DNA of 64,000 bases from Moniliella sp. 'wahieum' (Eukaryota), in contig RSEE01000015.1 in the NCBI GenBank assembly GCA_003971905.1, positions 186,001-250,000 of the forward strand, read 5' to 3'. Every line of letters begins with the position of its first letter. The stretch's first letter is position 1. Positions 12,014-23,957 of the stretch are shown piece by piece. The notes under the pieces were generated by a model, which was not told the DNA's origin, made no database searches, and was given only the letters and a program-made list of their open reading frames with translations. The position numbers and the translations under genes were made by a program.

Positions 12014-13142
12014 CTAGCTGGCAACAGGTCGTGGTTGGAAGCGGGACGTGCCAGGTGGCCAGGCGGCGGGAGAGGCGGATGGTGCTGCGGGGGTGGGAGG
12101 GATGCGCAGGAGGCGCAGGTGGTGGTGATGCGGACGGGGACAATCAAGTCACAGGGCACTGGGGGCATCTCTTTTCCTGCTATATCAGCATCTGCGCTAC
12201 GCCGCACAATCGGCCGAGCGTCGCGAGCTTAGCGAGCTGCGAACAGGTTGCATCCACTGCCCCCCTGCCGCGCATCAGGCGCAGGACGCTCGTTGAACAC
12301 GTTGAACATTGGACGTACGTACTTTGAACGTTGAATATTGAACGTACTTGGTTCAACATTCAACGTTCAACGTTCGCGTTCACCGGTCGCCAAGGACCAA
12401 GTACCGAGGCACAGAGCATAGGACGTCGATTGTATTCCCTGCACCCTGTCGCTTCGCCACCACACCATCACCCCGAGCCCATGCGCTCGCGTCACTAGCG
12501 CCACTCTACTTCTAGTCAAAGTAGCTTCCATCTTCACTCTTCACAAACAGCTTCTGCTCTGGGGGTCGGTTATGCTGTGGGCTGTCCTCTCTCTTTTCTT
12601 TGCCTTCACGCCTGGCTGCTCGCGAGAATGCGCTTCGCATGCAACCCATATGCAGACGGGGGAGGGCATATGTATTGTGCATGATGAGGGGAAAGAAGAG
12701 AGAAAAAAGATAAGAAAAAGAAGAGGAATTGATATGCGGGGGGTGGGCGTGGGGAGAGGGGGGACGAAGAAGGCATGTGGACGCAACTGGTATAGCGAGA
12801 CGCAGTAGCATAGACGTTGCTTTCCCAGTGGAGTGACATGGCGAATCGATGTCCGTGTGTACGATGCAGAGGATTGGAGATGATTGGAGAGGAATAGGGG
12901 TGAGGGTGGATGAGAGGAAAAGTGGAAGAAGCCGGAAAGAGGATGTGGAGAGGGTAATGGGGAAACGGGGTAGTGTTCGATGCGGAGCTCAACCCGTTAC
13001 AGAAACCAAAATAGACGGAGCAAAAGTGAGTGGAGAAGAGAAGGCGAAAAAGTCCAAGATGAATCGCATGATCCACAAGAAAAGAGGCAAAGGGGAAAGT
13101 GAGTCCGCCGCAGTCCGTGATCGGAAAGTGAGGGACCAGGGA

Positions 13143-15009
13143 TCAATGGACCCCAAATACCTCCATCAGACCGGTCAGGTTGGTCGGGGTGCCTAACCCG
13201 CTCACTGCATCCCACCCCTCCGACGCAGCAAAGCCTACCCCACCACAGCCGTAATTTTGCCCGGCCTGCACATCGTACAGCACGCTCGAGTTGGCATACA
13301 GAGTGGGATGAATGTAACCCACCCGACCCAAGCCTGCCGCATGACGCGCATCGTTGATGAGCGAGATGAGGCCAGCCCAGATGGGTGCACTGGCTGAGGT
13401 GCCAAACGCGGTGACGGGGGGCCGCCTTGGATGACGGTGATGGGTGTGCCGATTGCGCTGACGTCCGGGTAACCGCGGCCGGTCTGGTTGGCCTTTTGGG
13501 TGGCAGTGGGAAGAAGAATCTTGTAGTTCTGCAAGGCAGAAGTTTGGTAGGAAGGAGAGGAGAACAAGTTGCTGTACCCACTTCCTGACCAGCTTGCCGC
13601 CCACTCCTCTTCAGCGTCGACGGTGGCGCCGACCGAAAGCACATATGGACATCCGGAGGGGTATGTAGGCAAAAACTTGCCCGATGGGCACGTCGAATTG
13701 CCACTGACCGAATCCACACCGCCATCACCGGCGGCAAATCTGGAACGTCAAACCGATGACGACCATCCTGGTAAGCTGAGTGCCAAGAAGAAACGGGGAC
13801 GGAAGCATAAGAAGGGCGACTTACACGACGGTCGTGCCTTGGGCGGTCAGCTTTTGAATCGTGTTGCACAGGTAGGTTGCCTCGGACGGTGAAAAGGCAG
13901 ATTCAGGCGCGGCAAAGGAGATGCTAATCACACCTGGGTCAAGACTGGGTGTCCAAAACATAGTTGAGCGATTGAGAAAAAGTGGAACCAGACTCGGAAT
14001 AGTAGAGATAGGTGTTGTTCAAGGGATACCCTTGCGCGGCAACCACCATCTGAGTGTCCAACGAACCTTCCAAGCTGGGCTGGCTTGCAGTGTTTGTCCC
14101 GCTCACGCCGTCAATAAGGTGCATGGCGGTTGTGCCGGAGGGCACAAAGGACGAGTACTTAGTCATGTAATCCTGCACGTCGTCCAAATTAATGTTGGAT
14201 CCAGTGTAGCCCATAATGAGCACATCCAGCCCCGAACCACCCTTGGAGGTGTAAGAGGCTGACCCATACAAATGTTGAATGCACCCAGCTTCGATTGCAG
14301 TCCCATTGCTTCCACATCCCGTTGTAGGTTTTCGTGCGGGCAAAACGACAGAGTGCTGAGCTTGCTTCGCCGAAACCTGAGAAGAGACGGGGGGCACGGT
14401 AGTCAAGGCCGGTCGCGTCCAGGAGGGAAAGTTGGTAAGACCGTCAACGTGCTGGACGTAGTCCATGTCGCTGGGAATGGCGAGGGACGTAGTACGAGTG
14501 TACCGGGTAGTTGCCCTACCGCTCTCCTCGTTGGCGGTCGCGGTATACTGGTGGAAGGGGTGGGAGCCAGGAAACAAGCGCTGAGTATGCTCAACGTCCG
14601 TCTTGATCGTAACCCTGTCTTGGTGGGGGCTCCAGACCAGATCCGAAGCTGGAATGCCACTTTGGGCGAGTGCGGCAGAAAGGTGGGCGACATGGGCGGG
14701 CTCAGGGGCGGCGAAGTGGGCGAGCTGGGCAGAAGACAGCCAGCGGCCTTGGCCCTGGCTTGCAATCTCTTCCATGTGGGCAGCGAGTTGGCTAAAGTTG
14801 GCGCCGTGAAGAGAGATGGTGAAGGTGAGAGGTTCATCGTCGGACACGAGCGTTTGGGAGCGCTTCCAATGGGGGGCCAAGGCGGCAGGCGCCTGCAGCA
14901 TACGTGGTGTTGCCGCCCCACGCTGCTGAGGGGCCGCGATGGGCCGGGCAAAGCCAGGGTGGACAGAGACGCATGCGGCCAGCAGGGCCAGCAGGGAGAG
15001 GACGCGCAT
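13143..15009 (-). CDS. Secreted sedolisin / tripeptidyl-peptidase (peptidase S53) with pro-kumamolisin propeptide
   Basis: Signal peptide MRVLSLLALLAAC; EGSLDTQ (ExxxD); ISISFA; AAGDGG; PTYPSGCPYVLSVGAT; GRGYPDVSA; GTSASAPIWAG (catalytic Ser); GWDAVSGLGTP. GT-AG intron at 13740-13824. Several indels. Confidence 0.92.
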
Positions 15010-16255
15010 GAAGCCGAAGGGGCGATGGTGGGAAGGTGGAGGAGGGCGGTGCACCGCGGTAGCAGTGCTGTTGCTGCAGGTGTAGGGTACTGTAGTCGTC
15101 GCACCAAGCAAAGCCCCCCTGTGCTGAGCGGCTGAGGACGGCTACGGGGCTGCTGGAGACGGCGTGCGCATAGCGCTGTGCTCAGCAGACGGCTTGGGCG
15201 GCAGGCGGGCAAAGGCGGAGAAAGGTAAGACAGAGCTGACGCACCACCGTTGTACAATACGACGATGCCTGCCGTGTGGGCAGCAGTAGAACACGGCACC
15301 ACCATCGCCTGTCAGATCTAGACGGAAGAGGGCCACGGCCGCGTGTGTGACACTTGACGGTGACCATATGCTGCCCGAGGGCGGGCCTGCGAGGACAGGC
15401 AGAGGCTCTGCCCCGTAGTGTGCTCTCACTCAAGCTCAACGTACAACATTCGGCTCAGCGCGGTGAGCCTGGCTTGAATCGCATGGGTCACTCACTAGTC
15501 AATCATGAATTAGTCGCGATTGTTGGTGCAGCCACAGCCAGCATCAGCGCTCAGCCAGTGCTCAGCCAGCACGCAGCTCAGCAGCAGCTCCCCTTCTGCC
15601 GTGAGCGCGTGAGCCCCCCTCTATTAGGTCGCATCTGATGGTCTGGAAGGCAATGCCAAAGAGAGGCAATGCGGTCATCGAATCACACCTGTTTTTCTTG
15701 GCGTAATATATCAATGCGTCCGCGCAACATCCATCGGCTACACTTTGGAAGTAGTGTTGTGTGCGTCATCCTCTCTGTCGGGTGGCCACCTCTTCATCGG
15801 CCACTACTAATCACTCCCTTGCTGCGCAGCGCGCGCCCATCCAGTAGTGTCAGCGCGTCAGCGTCACCGTCTGCGCCGAAAGGCCGCGCCGTCAGGCTCA
15901 GGCGCTCAGGTCAGCCGGCCAGGCCGGTCATGCGGTCATCGATCAACGGCAGAGGCACTGTTGCGACGCTGACGCTGACCGTCCTCGATGACATGGCCAG
16001 TGGGTGAATATGAACGGTGAGAATGCGGACATGCCATGGGTCAATGTGACATGGAGGAGCTAGACGGCTGGTGCCGGCTGGCGCAGCCGCTAGGACCTAT
16101 GTCCTCTGCTAGGTCCCTGGGCCCAGGGTCCTCTCCGAACGGCAGTGGGGTAATTAGAAGGAAACGGGCCATATGATGCATTGAGTGACCATGAGTGTCA
16201 TGCCGTGAGCCACTCCATACAATCGTGTGGGGTTTTTGGCATTCCCATATAGTCG

Positions 16256-16330
16256 GTCACCAGTGTCACCAAAGCGTCACCACAACGTCACCGTGGAGTC
16301 ACCACAGCGTCACCACAGCGTCACCACAGC
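16256..16330 (+). repeat. 11-bp minisatellite GTCACCACAGC, about 7 degenerate units
   Basis: gtcaccagt gtcaccaaagc gtcaccacaac gtcaccgtgga gtcaccacagc gtcaccacagc gtcaccacagc. Confidence 0.9.
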
Positions 16331-18881
16331 TTTCTGGCCGGCCCGCCGCGGAAGCCAGCTCCACACACTCCACCGCCAGCCTCTCACTCTGGAGCGGAGC
16401 ACCAATCCACCGTTGTCGCTGTGCTGCCACCGCTTCCTTCTTCTACCGCCAAAACCCACCCGTTTAAGGAACCAGGCGGATCGCCAGAAGATCAGGTCCT
16501 CTGGCAGAGCACGAGGGTACGTGCTGAGCGATCGATGGGTGAGGACGAGGAGTCGGTCAACGGAGAGCGCTCGGAAAGCTGTCGTCCGGTAACGCGAACG
16601 CAAGGATAGCTACCAGCTTCCAATGGGTTAAAGACTAAGAGATTGTCGTCCGTTGAATCCGGGATAGCTACGAGCTTCCAATGGCCAAGGACTTGTGCAA
16701 CAGAGTAAACTGTGCACGAGAGAGAAGGGAACAGTCAGAAATGGCTTCTTATAAGTTCCTGACGCTAATAGTCCAATATTGAGAGCAACAGGGAGAAAAG
16801 GAAAGAGGGGAAGAAGGCGGGAGCGCAGCTAATGCTGCGCACGCACATGTGCGGAAAGTCGAGATGGCTTCCGCTTACCAGTGGCGTGGCCGATGAAGTC
16901 GATGGCCTGTGATGGAAGATCACGCATCCTCTAACACCCTCTGTGGTGCCCGCCATCCGTTCCCATACCCGCCGAGGAAGCGGGTGTGGAAACGGATGAA
17001 CGATGAACGTGTGGTAGACATCCGAGCGGTGAAAACTATTATCTCCATTGAGACTCAGTAGTCAATTCCTTCAATCCATTTCCCAAGCATCTTGCCTGCT
17101 GTCTTGAAGGCATAGTATCCGTTCCAGCAGGCGAAGCAGCTTATACACCTTCGAACAAAATCAGATTACTGTGTTTGTGCACTTTTGATGCTCTGTGCCA
17201 AACCCTTTTCCACAAGGGGAGAGAATGACTCTTGAGTGGTTCCGTCCGGTACTATATTATATATGTACTCGACGTTCTTGTCTTCGCATTCCACTTTTGC
17301 TCGAACAGTGGAGAAGAGAAACAAACTCCTTCTCCCAGTGTTCCGCACATCTCGTTCTTTATGTGATGGAATGATTGATGACCAACAAACTTGGTACGTG
17401 TATATGAAAGAAAGCGCTTTTCCCTTCACAGGCTGGCTCCTCTGGCCTTCGGCCCCGCCTACTGGGGATGACGGAGACATGGAGGCACCCGGATAACGCT
17501 GCCCCCATGATTCTTTCCTTGCCGATACACTGGACCACATGATTCGGTGCTCGATAATTAGATAAAGAAAATGGGGCCGAAAGGGAGGTTTTTCGGGAAG
17601 AGTGTGGTATGCTAAGCTATTTAGCATCGACTGAGAGGCGGTGATAGGCCTCGTGGCGCACCATGTCCTGCTAGACCCGGGCTTGGAAGATGGCAGACGA
17701 GGCCGGTAGAGTGGTAGATGCGGATCCATGCGGCCCCGTTGGGGGTAGAAGCGCCCAATGGGAGGTGCATCGATGTTGGATGAGAAGAGTACCAACATGA
17801 GTGTGCCTCTCCGGCATCGTCGCGGTCATAGCAAGGGGGGTGGGCCATCGGTGCAATGCATGGGATCGCATTGAATGTTGATCGATGATCCCATGCCCAT
17901 GATGCATGATTCTTCACCCTGGCAAGAGACGCGTGGCCATGTGATGGGGTGGTGTTAGCCACATCACGCGCACGTCGTGAGTGCGAGTGTGGAAGGGATG
18001 CGGATGTGATGTGGGGGCTGTGGTGGGACAAGCGATGGGCCGAAGGGGCGTTTCTTATTTGGGACGGGTGGGTGGTGGACAGGACGGTCGAAGGACAAGC
18101 GCACGACGCATTTATCAGCCACCCGCCCCTCTGCACCGCCCCCACCTCCGCCCCCACCTCCGCCCCCACCTCCTCCTCCTCTCCACCCCTCCCAGCGGCC
18201 CGGGATGCGACCACACGCTGGCCGTCGTCGCTCCCGCTCGCCCAGCCGCCCACAGCACCAACAAGCGCCCCGCCCGCCCCCGCACCCACAACGCCCGCCA
18301 CACCGCCGCCACCGCCGCCGTCGTCGTGCCCTTGCCGCGCCCGGTGGATCCGCCTCCACCCCCAGGGGCCCTCCCCCATGGCGTCCCTTGCGTTGTCTCG
18401 AATGGGTGCGGACGCCTATGGCCGCTTGATGAGCTGGCCTGGATCCGAGGCTTGCGGGGCCGCTTGCGTCCTGCCGTCGCCCCGCCATCGCCCCCACACC
18501 CTTCTGGTCCTGTCTTCCCCCTCTACGAACAACGCCAAGCACCGTTCCAAGGCGAATGACACGTCCAGAGAACGGCGACTGACAGCAGCTTTAGCCTACC
18601 GCTGCTTTCGAGCAAGACCGCCTTCACTTTGAACCAATGTCTCCTCGCATCCCCTCTACCCCCTTTCACAGTCGATTGCCACGTGCGCGGCCTGATGATC
18701 AAGACAACAAAGCGTGCACCACGGAAGCGCTCACGCCTTTCCATCTCGGCACGCCTGCTTCCGTTCCGGTGGAGGGAGATGGTGTTCACCCTGATTTTTC
18801 CGTTAGGTGGCCTGAACGGGCTGCCACGCGGCGCCCGGACCGGCGCGAGGTGCAAGTCCAGTCAGTGCTGTTACTGTGCCA

Positions 18882-21569
18882 ATGGAGGTAGAGCAACAGT
18901 CCATCTCGTCCTCTCCTCCCGCTCTCGCCCCTATTTCGCCGGAACAGGTGAAGGATATGTCTGCTTCTCGTCAGATGGAAGGAGACGTGTCCAGGGCGTG
19001 TCTGTTACAGGAGAGCCTGGAATACAGCAACGCCCAACCAGACCCTTCCGAGCCTCAGTCAATGGATCAAGCCCTGATTTGGTCCTCTCCGCCTGTTCTG
19101 GTCCATCCTGCTCTGGAGGATGGACCGGTTTCCGCTGGTTTGGATTCGCTCGGTGGAGAAGAAGCAACCTTGTGTTTTCGGGAAGAGGAGCAGGGGGACA
19201 GGAACCTTCATGTATATCCTACTGAGCATCAAGCGGGTGTGCAGGACCCCACCCTGGATCGCCTCGTGATGGAACAGTCTGACCGCCTCATTCCCGAACA
19301 TCCTCCTCTAGAACTGCTGCCAGTTGAATCCAGCTCGGATGAGCTGGGAGGGGAGCAATTAACGGATCCGGTGCCGGATGTATCTGGTTCAGATCTACTG
19401 GGACGGGAAGAATCCTTGGTGTCGAATGATGGCGATGACAATCGGGCGAGTATCAACGTGCAGCGCCACGCCCCCCAATCCGAGCAAAACCCCGCCCTGT
19501 CCCCCCGCCTCACCTTGGACCACCTGCTGGATCAGTCATCCCACCTCGTTCCGGAACATCCTCCTCTGGAACAGCCACCGGATGAGCTGGGAGGGGAGCA
19601 ATTAACAAATCAGATGCTGGTTGCCTTTGGCTCAGATTTACTGGGAAGGAAGAAACACCATGGCGTCGAGTCACTTGGATGACACCCCAGGGAGCAGCAA
19701 CGTCCAGGAACACATTCCTGAGCACCAGACGGTGGTGCAGGGCCCCACCCTGCCCCCCCTCACCCTGGATCATCCCGTGGAGGACAATCCTCTCATCTCG
19801 CTCTGGACCCCCCTCCTCTGAAACAGCCACCTTATGAAACAAGCTCGGGTAAACTGGGAGGAGAGCAATTGACGAATGAGGTGTCGGTTACATCTCCCTC
19901 AGATCTACTGAGACGGGAAGAGTCCAAGGCGTCGAGTGATTGGGATGAACCCCCGGAGAGCAGCAACTCCCAGGTACACCATCCCGAGGCCGAGGCGGTA
20001 GCGCAAAACCCCACCCCCCCGCCCTCTACTATACTCCGAAACAGGGCCCGTTGACGGATTCAACTAGCTCAAAAGAGCTGGAAGGGTGGAAACCATACCG
20101 CATCTTTTGGAAGCGGAGCAGGGGAACAGCAGTGTCCAGACGAGCTCTTCTAAACCTCTTGCAGTCGTGGAAGAGCCCATCGAATCTCCTTCCCTCGCTC
20201 TCGATCATTCTCCCCTGGAGCAGGCACCGGTTACAACTGACCTGGATGGACTTGGAGAGGAGGAGTTTATAGCTCGTCTCTTGGAAGGGGATCCGGAGGA
20301 ATGCAATCCTCGCATTGGACCTGTTGAACAACAGGTTGGGGAGCAAGAGCTCGTTCTGCCCACCCCTTGCTCCGGGGTCACCCGGCGTGGATTCGATCAT
20401 CTTCCCGGGGGCAGTCGCCAGTTACGACGGACCGGATGAACTGGGTAACTCATGGGTGCAAATCCTAACAGAGGATCCTGGGGAAGTAACAAGAAGAACG
20501 AGCAAAGTCCCAGCACTACTCAGCCTCCTGAACCCTACCAGCGCCACAACCACAACACGCCACCCCCACCACCTCCCAGAAGGAGGGCCACAAAATCTGC
20601 AACCCGTCTCCCCCTCTAAACACTTCTTGGCCCACCCAAAGGGGTGGCCATTCCCATCGCATCGCCTCCAATCCGTCGTACGAAAACAAGGGGCCCGTGA
20701 CGCGCTCGCAGTACGTGAGATTTCTCCACATGATTGTTTGGAGACTTGGGTTGGCTGACTGCTCGGGCTGTCTGGTACAGGTGCCGGTATCATGTGGTTC
20801 AGATCAACACGGCTCACCCAGGACCAGAGGCATTCCTCTTGCCCCAGTGCACACTCTACGCACCTGCTCTCCAGGCCGAGGGGGTGACGGATGCGGGTCC
20901 TGCCTCCAAAGAGCAGCTGGACCGCCGTGTGGATCTTTCCTTGGTCCCACTTTCTGCTGACATTCAGCAGCTCTTGGCTCGCCTTGTCGATCCCTCGATT
21001 ATTCATGAAGTTTATGTGCTGCCCCGCACCCCGGGGGAGGAGGAAGCTGAGGACGTGGCACCACCAACCCAGGCGATCAGTCCCGCCTTGCTTTCGACCG
21101 GCCTATCCTCCCCGCCTTGCCTCGTGCCGATAAGGACCCCGATGACCTGGACTTATCTTCCTCCTATGCCTATCTGGGCGCCCACCGTCTGTTTTCTCCC
21201 GGCACCACAAGCCCCACTCTAACCCCCGGTCCACCTCCGGCGTTTGGTTCGTCTTCCACTGGACCCCAGTCTGTCGCATCCTCCCATTCTGCCTCCCACC
21301 GTGGCCGGCGCAAAAAGACAAAACCGCCGCAATCGGCCGCATCTCCCTCGACGGGCCTCGATTCCTCCCTCTCCATCCAAGAAGGGCCCGGATGGACTAC
21401 TACCACCCTCGCCACCCCATACCCGCGCCATCGACCCCGTGTCCTGCCCGATGCTGAAACGCCTACTGCGGCGCCCCCTTTGCGCATGCGCCTGCGTTCC
21501 CAACGTTTTTCTCCTTCCTCCCGCACCTCCCTCAGCCCGGCTCCTGACCAGGCCCCTTCCTCGTCCTGA
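18882..21569 (+). CDS. Large acidic, mostly disordered hypothetical protein with three internal ~85-aa repeats and a small globular region
   Basis: Consecutive plus-strand ORFs (18876-19682, 19869-20054, 20086-20439, 20315-20758, 20734-21222, 21117-21569) join with single indels. Repeated EHPPLE / DELGGEQLT / SDLLGREES. No family recognised; ends uncertain. Confidence 0.5.
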
Positions 21570-22011
21570 TTCGCCTTGGGCCTGCTGTTTAGGCTGGGCC
21601 CGGGCCTCGCTTCCGTCCCCACCCACAGCGCAGTACTGCCCCCAGGACTGCGCCAGTTTCCTCATGTGGTGATTCGATCTCCATTTTGCACGCGTCAACT
21701 TTCTCAACCCCTTTGAACTATATTCATCCCATCCTGTTGCATATGCCATCATGGTGTGCCTTCCCCCATTTCCCTATCCCCGCCGCTCCCCAACTTCTCC
21801 CCATCCAATTCTCTCTGCAGCCCTGCAATCGATTCGTAGCCGACGCGGATGCAACCGGTGGACGCAGCGGTTGACCACAGGGGAACCGATCAGAACTTTG
21901 GATAAGGTCGTCATCCTGGTCACCAGCCCACCTGATGAGGTCAATCCATCGGGTGCCAGACACAGGCCCCGGACGCAGGGAACGGCGCGGCGAAAAAGTG
22001 CCAAAAATACA

Positions 22012-22098
22012 TGCCTCTTGGCCGAATCGAACGACCGATCTTCTCATTCCAGAATCACAAGATACTAGTGAGATGCTTTACCACTGAGCCAAAGAGGC
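22012..22098 (-). tRNA. tRNA-Thr(AGT) with ~15-nt intron
   Basis: Reverse complement: GCCTCTT TG GCTC AGTGGTAA AGC A TCTCA CT AGT A [tcttgtgattctgga] A TGAGA AGATC GGTCG TTCGATT CGGCC AAGAGGC A. Acceptor, D, anticodon and T arms are recognisable, the intron is at the canonical 37/38 position, and a T-run terminator follows. Confidence 0.93.
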
Positions 22099-22265
22099 TT
22101 ATGGGGAAGCAGATTGCAATTGGAAACCCATGCAGATACTTCAGAGACCGAATCACGTAACGCGCAACTGCCCCGCTTTCTTGGCCACTGGGCGTAGGGA
22201 TCCCGTCGGGGACAACCTTGCGCCTGGCGGGCCCGCCAACTTGGACTGGCGATCGTACTGTGGCC

Positions 22266-23163
22266 ATGTCGAAGGACGCACTGCTACCGGTACCTGGCAG
22301 CGAGTCAAACGGGGAAGGTCGCATTCAGTGCGCCTTCCTCTTTCCTCGCCTCTGGTCAGTCCTGGGCTCGCCATGGCACCTCGTCCGACACCTTTGGGGC
22401 TCCCCCGATACCAGCGCCAACTACGCCAACGCCGTCCACTCGCGCTGTCCATTTTGCCACGTTTCGCCCGAAAAAGGGTTTGCCGTGGTGCTGCAAGACG
22501 AACGGTTCATTGCGTTTCACGATCGTTCCCCGGCCGCGCGCATTCACCTGCTCGTGGTGCCGCGTCAGCACTGGAACAACGTGGTGCACTGGCCAGTGTC
22601 GCACGAGAACGCTGAACGTGTACGTGCGATGCACGCGTTTGGCCAACACGCTTTGCGTATCGCCCGGGCCCAGCGAGCGGACCCAGAAGCTGGACTGCCA
22701 TCGCTGCTGGATTCGCAATCTGGGCCTGACCAGGAGACCGAGGCGGGAGAACGGTTTGGGTTTCATGTACGTTCCATCCCCGGTTGCTGGAAAGAGGATG
22801 TGCCGAAGCCGCAAGGCGGGAAAAAGGACAAAGAGGGACGTTGCTGACATTGATATTGCGTCCGCGGGAACGGGTGGGTTGGAATTCGTTGGGTTGGGTT
22901 GCGTTGGGCAGTTGCCTCCATTTCGTTCGGTCGAGCATACCCACCTCCATTGCCTCGAATTGCCATTCCGCAACCGGTGGCGCGCAGCCAAATACTTTAT
23001 TGTCCCGGACTACCTCAAAGGGTGGGGCTGGTTTTGTACATGGTCCCAGGCGGTGGCGTTGTTGGAACCCCGCCCAGACGGATGTAACGTCCATGCGGGC
23101 TGGAGGGCCATCCAGGAGGGGGCGCAATGTACTTTTGTGGTATTCAAGGTCTTCCTTTCGTAA
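22266..23163 (+). CDS. HIT-family nucleotide hydrolase (HINT3-like)
   Basis: CPFC...FIAFHDRSPAARIHLLVVPRQH...RFGFH|LPPFRSVEHTHLHCL (histidine triad). GT-AG intron at 22767-22911. Confidence 0.88.
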
Positions 23164-23957
23164 AGCACGTATCTGCTCCTTCTTTCTGTAGTCTACTACC
23201 CCGTGGAAACTTTTGCACATTCGCCATGCCCAACAGCAAAAGCAGTTTACCCCATTACAGCTCGGTGCCATTACGGCGTCCACACATCTTCCTTGCCTCC
23301 CTCACGCGTACCTGGGCAACAACAAATTATGACACCTATCAGCCCCATTGCAACTCGACCATCCTGGGGATTTGGACGCAAGAGCAGATTGATGCTAGTT
23401 GGAAACCGATCACTTCCCTTATCCATACTAAAGGGAAGTAGAGTAACAACAATGCAATTGGTGCGGGATTCTATACTAGGCTCAAGCAAGTTCAGAGAAT
23501 CGCCTTACGTATGCCGTTAGGCCTTCGGCGCTTCGGCCACTAGGTGTGCCCTTAGATCTGGACTGCAGCGCGGGCATTTCGCATTTCACGTGACCCGCCC
23601 CCATTCGGGTGCAAGCACGCATTCCGAAGGACGGCGGATACAGCCACGTGGGGGCAGGTGCTCCCTGCGCGCGACACGGAGGACTAGGGTTGTGTACACC
23701 GCCTGGCTGCATGCGGCGGCAGGGGGGCAGCGAGCAGAGGCTGCTCAGCGCAGGCGTTCGATTCAAATTAATAACCCTCCACCACCACGACTGGCGATCC
23801 AGCCCCAGGCTGCACACCCAACCAGTACCCAATAACCCTTGCCCACGCGTACAACCCTACCCCACCACCCGCCATCGTCGCGTCCCCCCGCCTGCAGCTG
23901 CCGCGTTCAACGCCCAACACGCAACGCTCCACGCACAACACCCCCAGCGCGTTGGCC

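Noticed and set aside
1661..15009. Secondary-metabolite or effector gene cluster (SDR, GH79, S53)
   Set aside because: No PKS/NRPS/terpene core, and the genes are interleaved with housekeeping trafficking genes.
16604..16684. CRISPR array
   Set aside because: Only two repeats, no cas genes, eukaryotic intron-containing context.
17166..17798. 210-aa minus-strand ORF
   Set aside because: No recognisable motif or clear gene structure; cannot support as a gene.
22872..22908. G-rich GGGTT repeats in the HIT intron (possible G-quadruplex)
   Set aside because: Short, irregular low-complexity tract with no further evidence of function.
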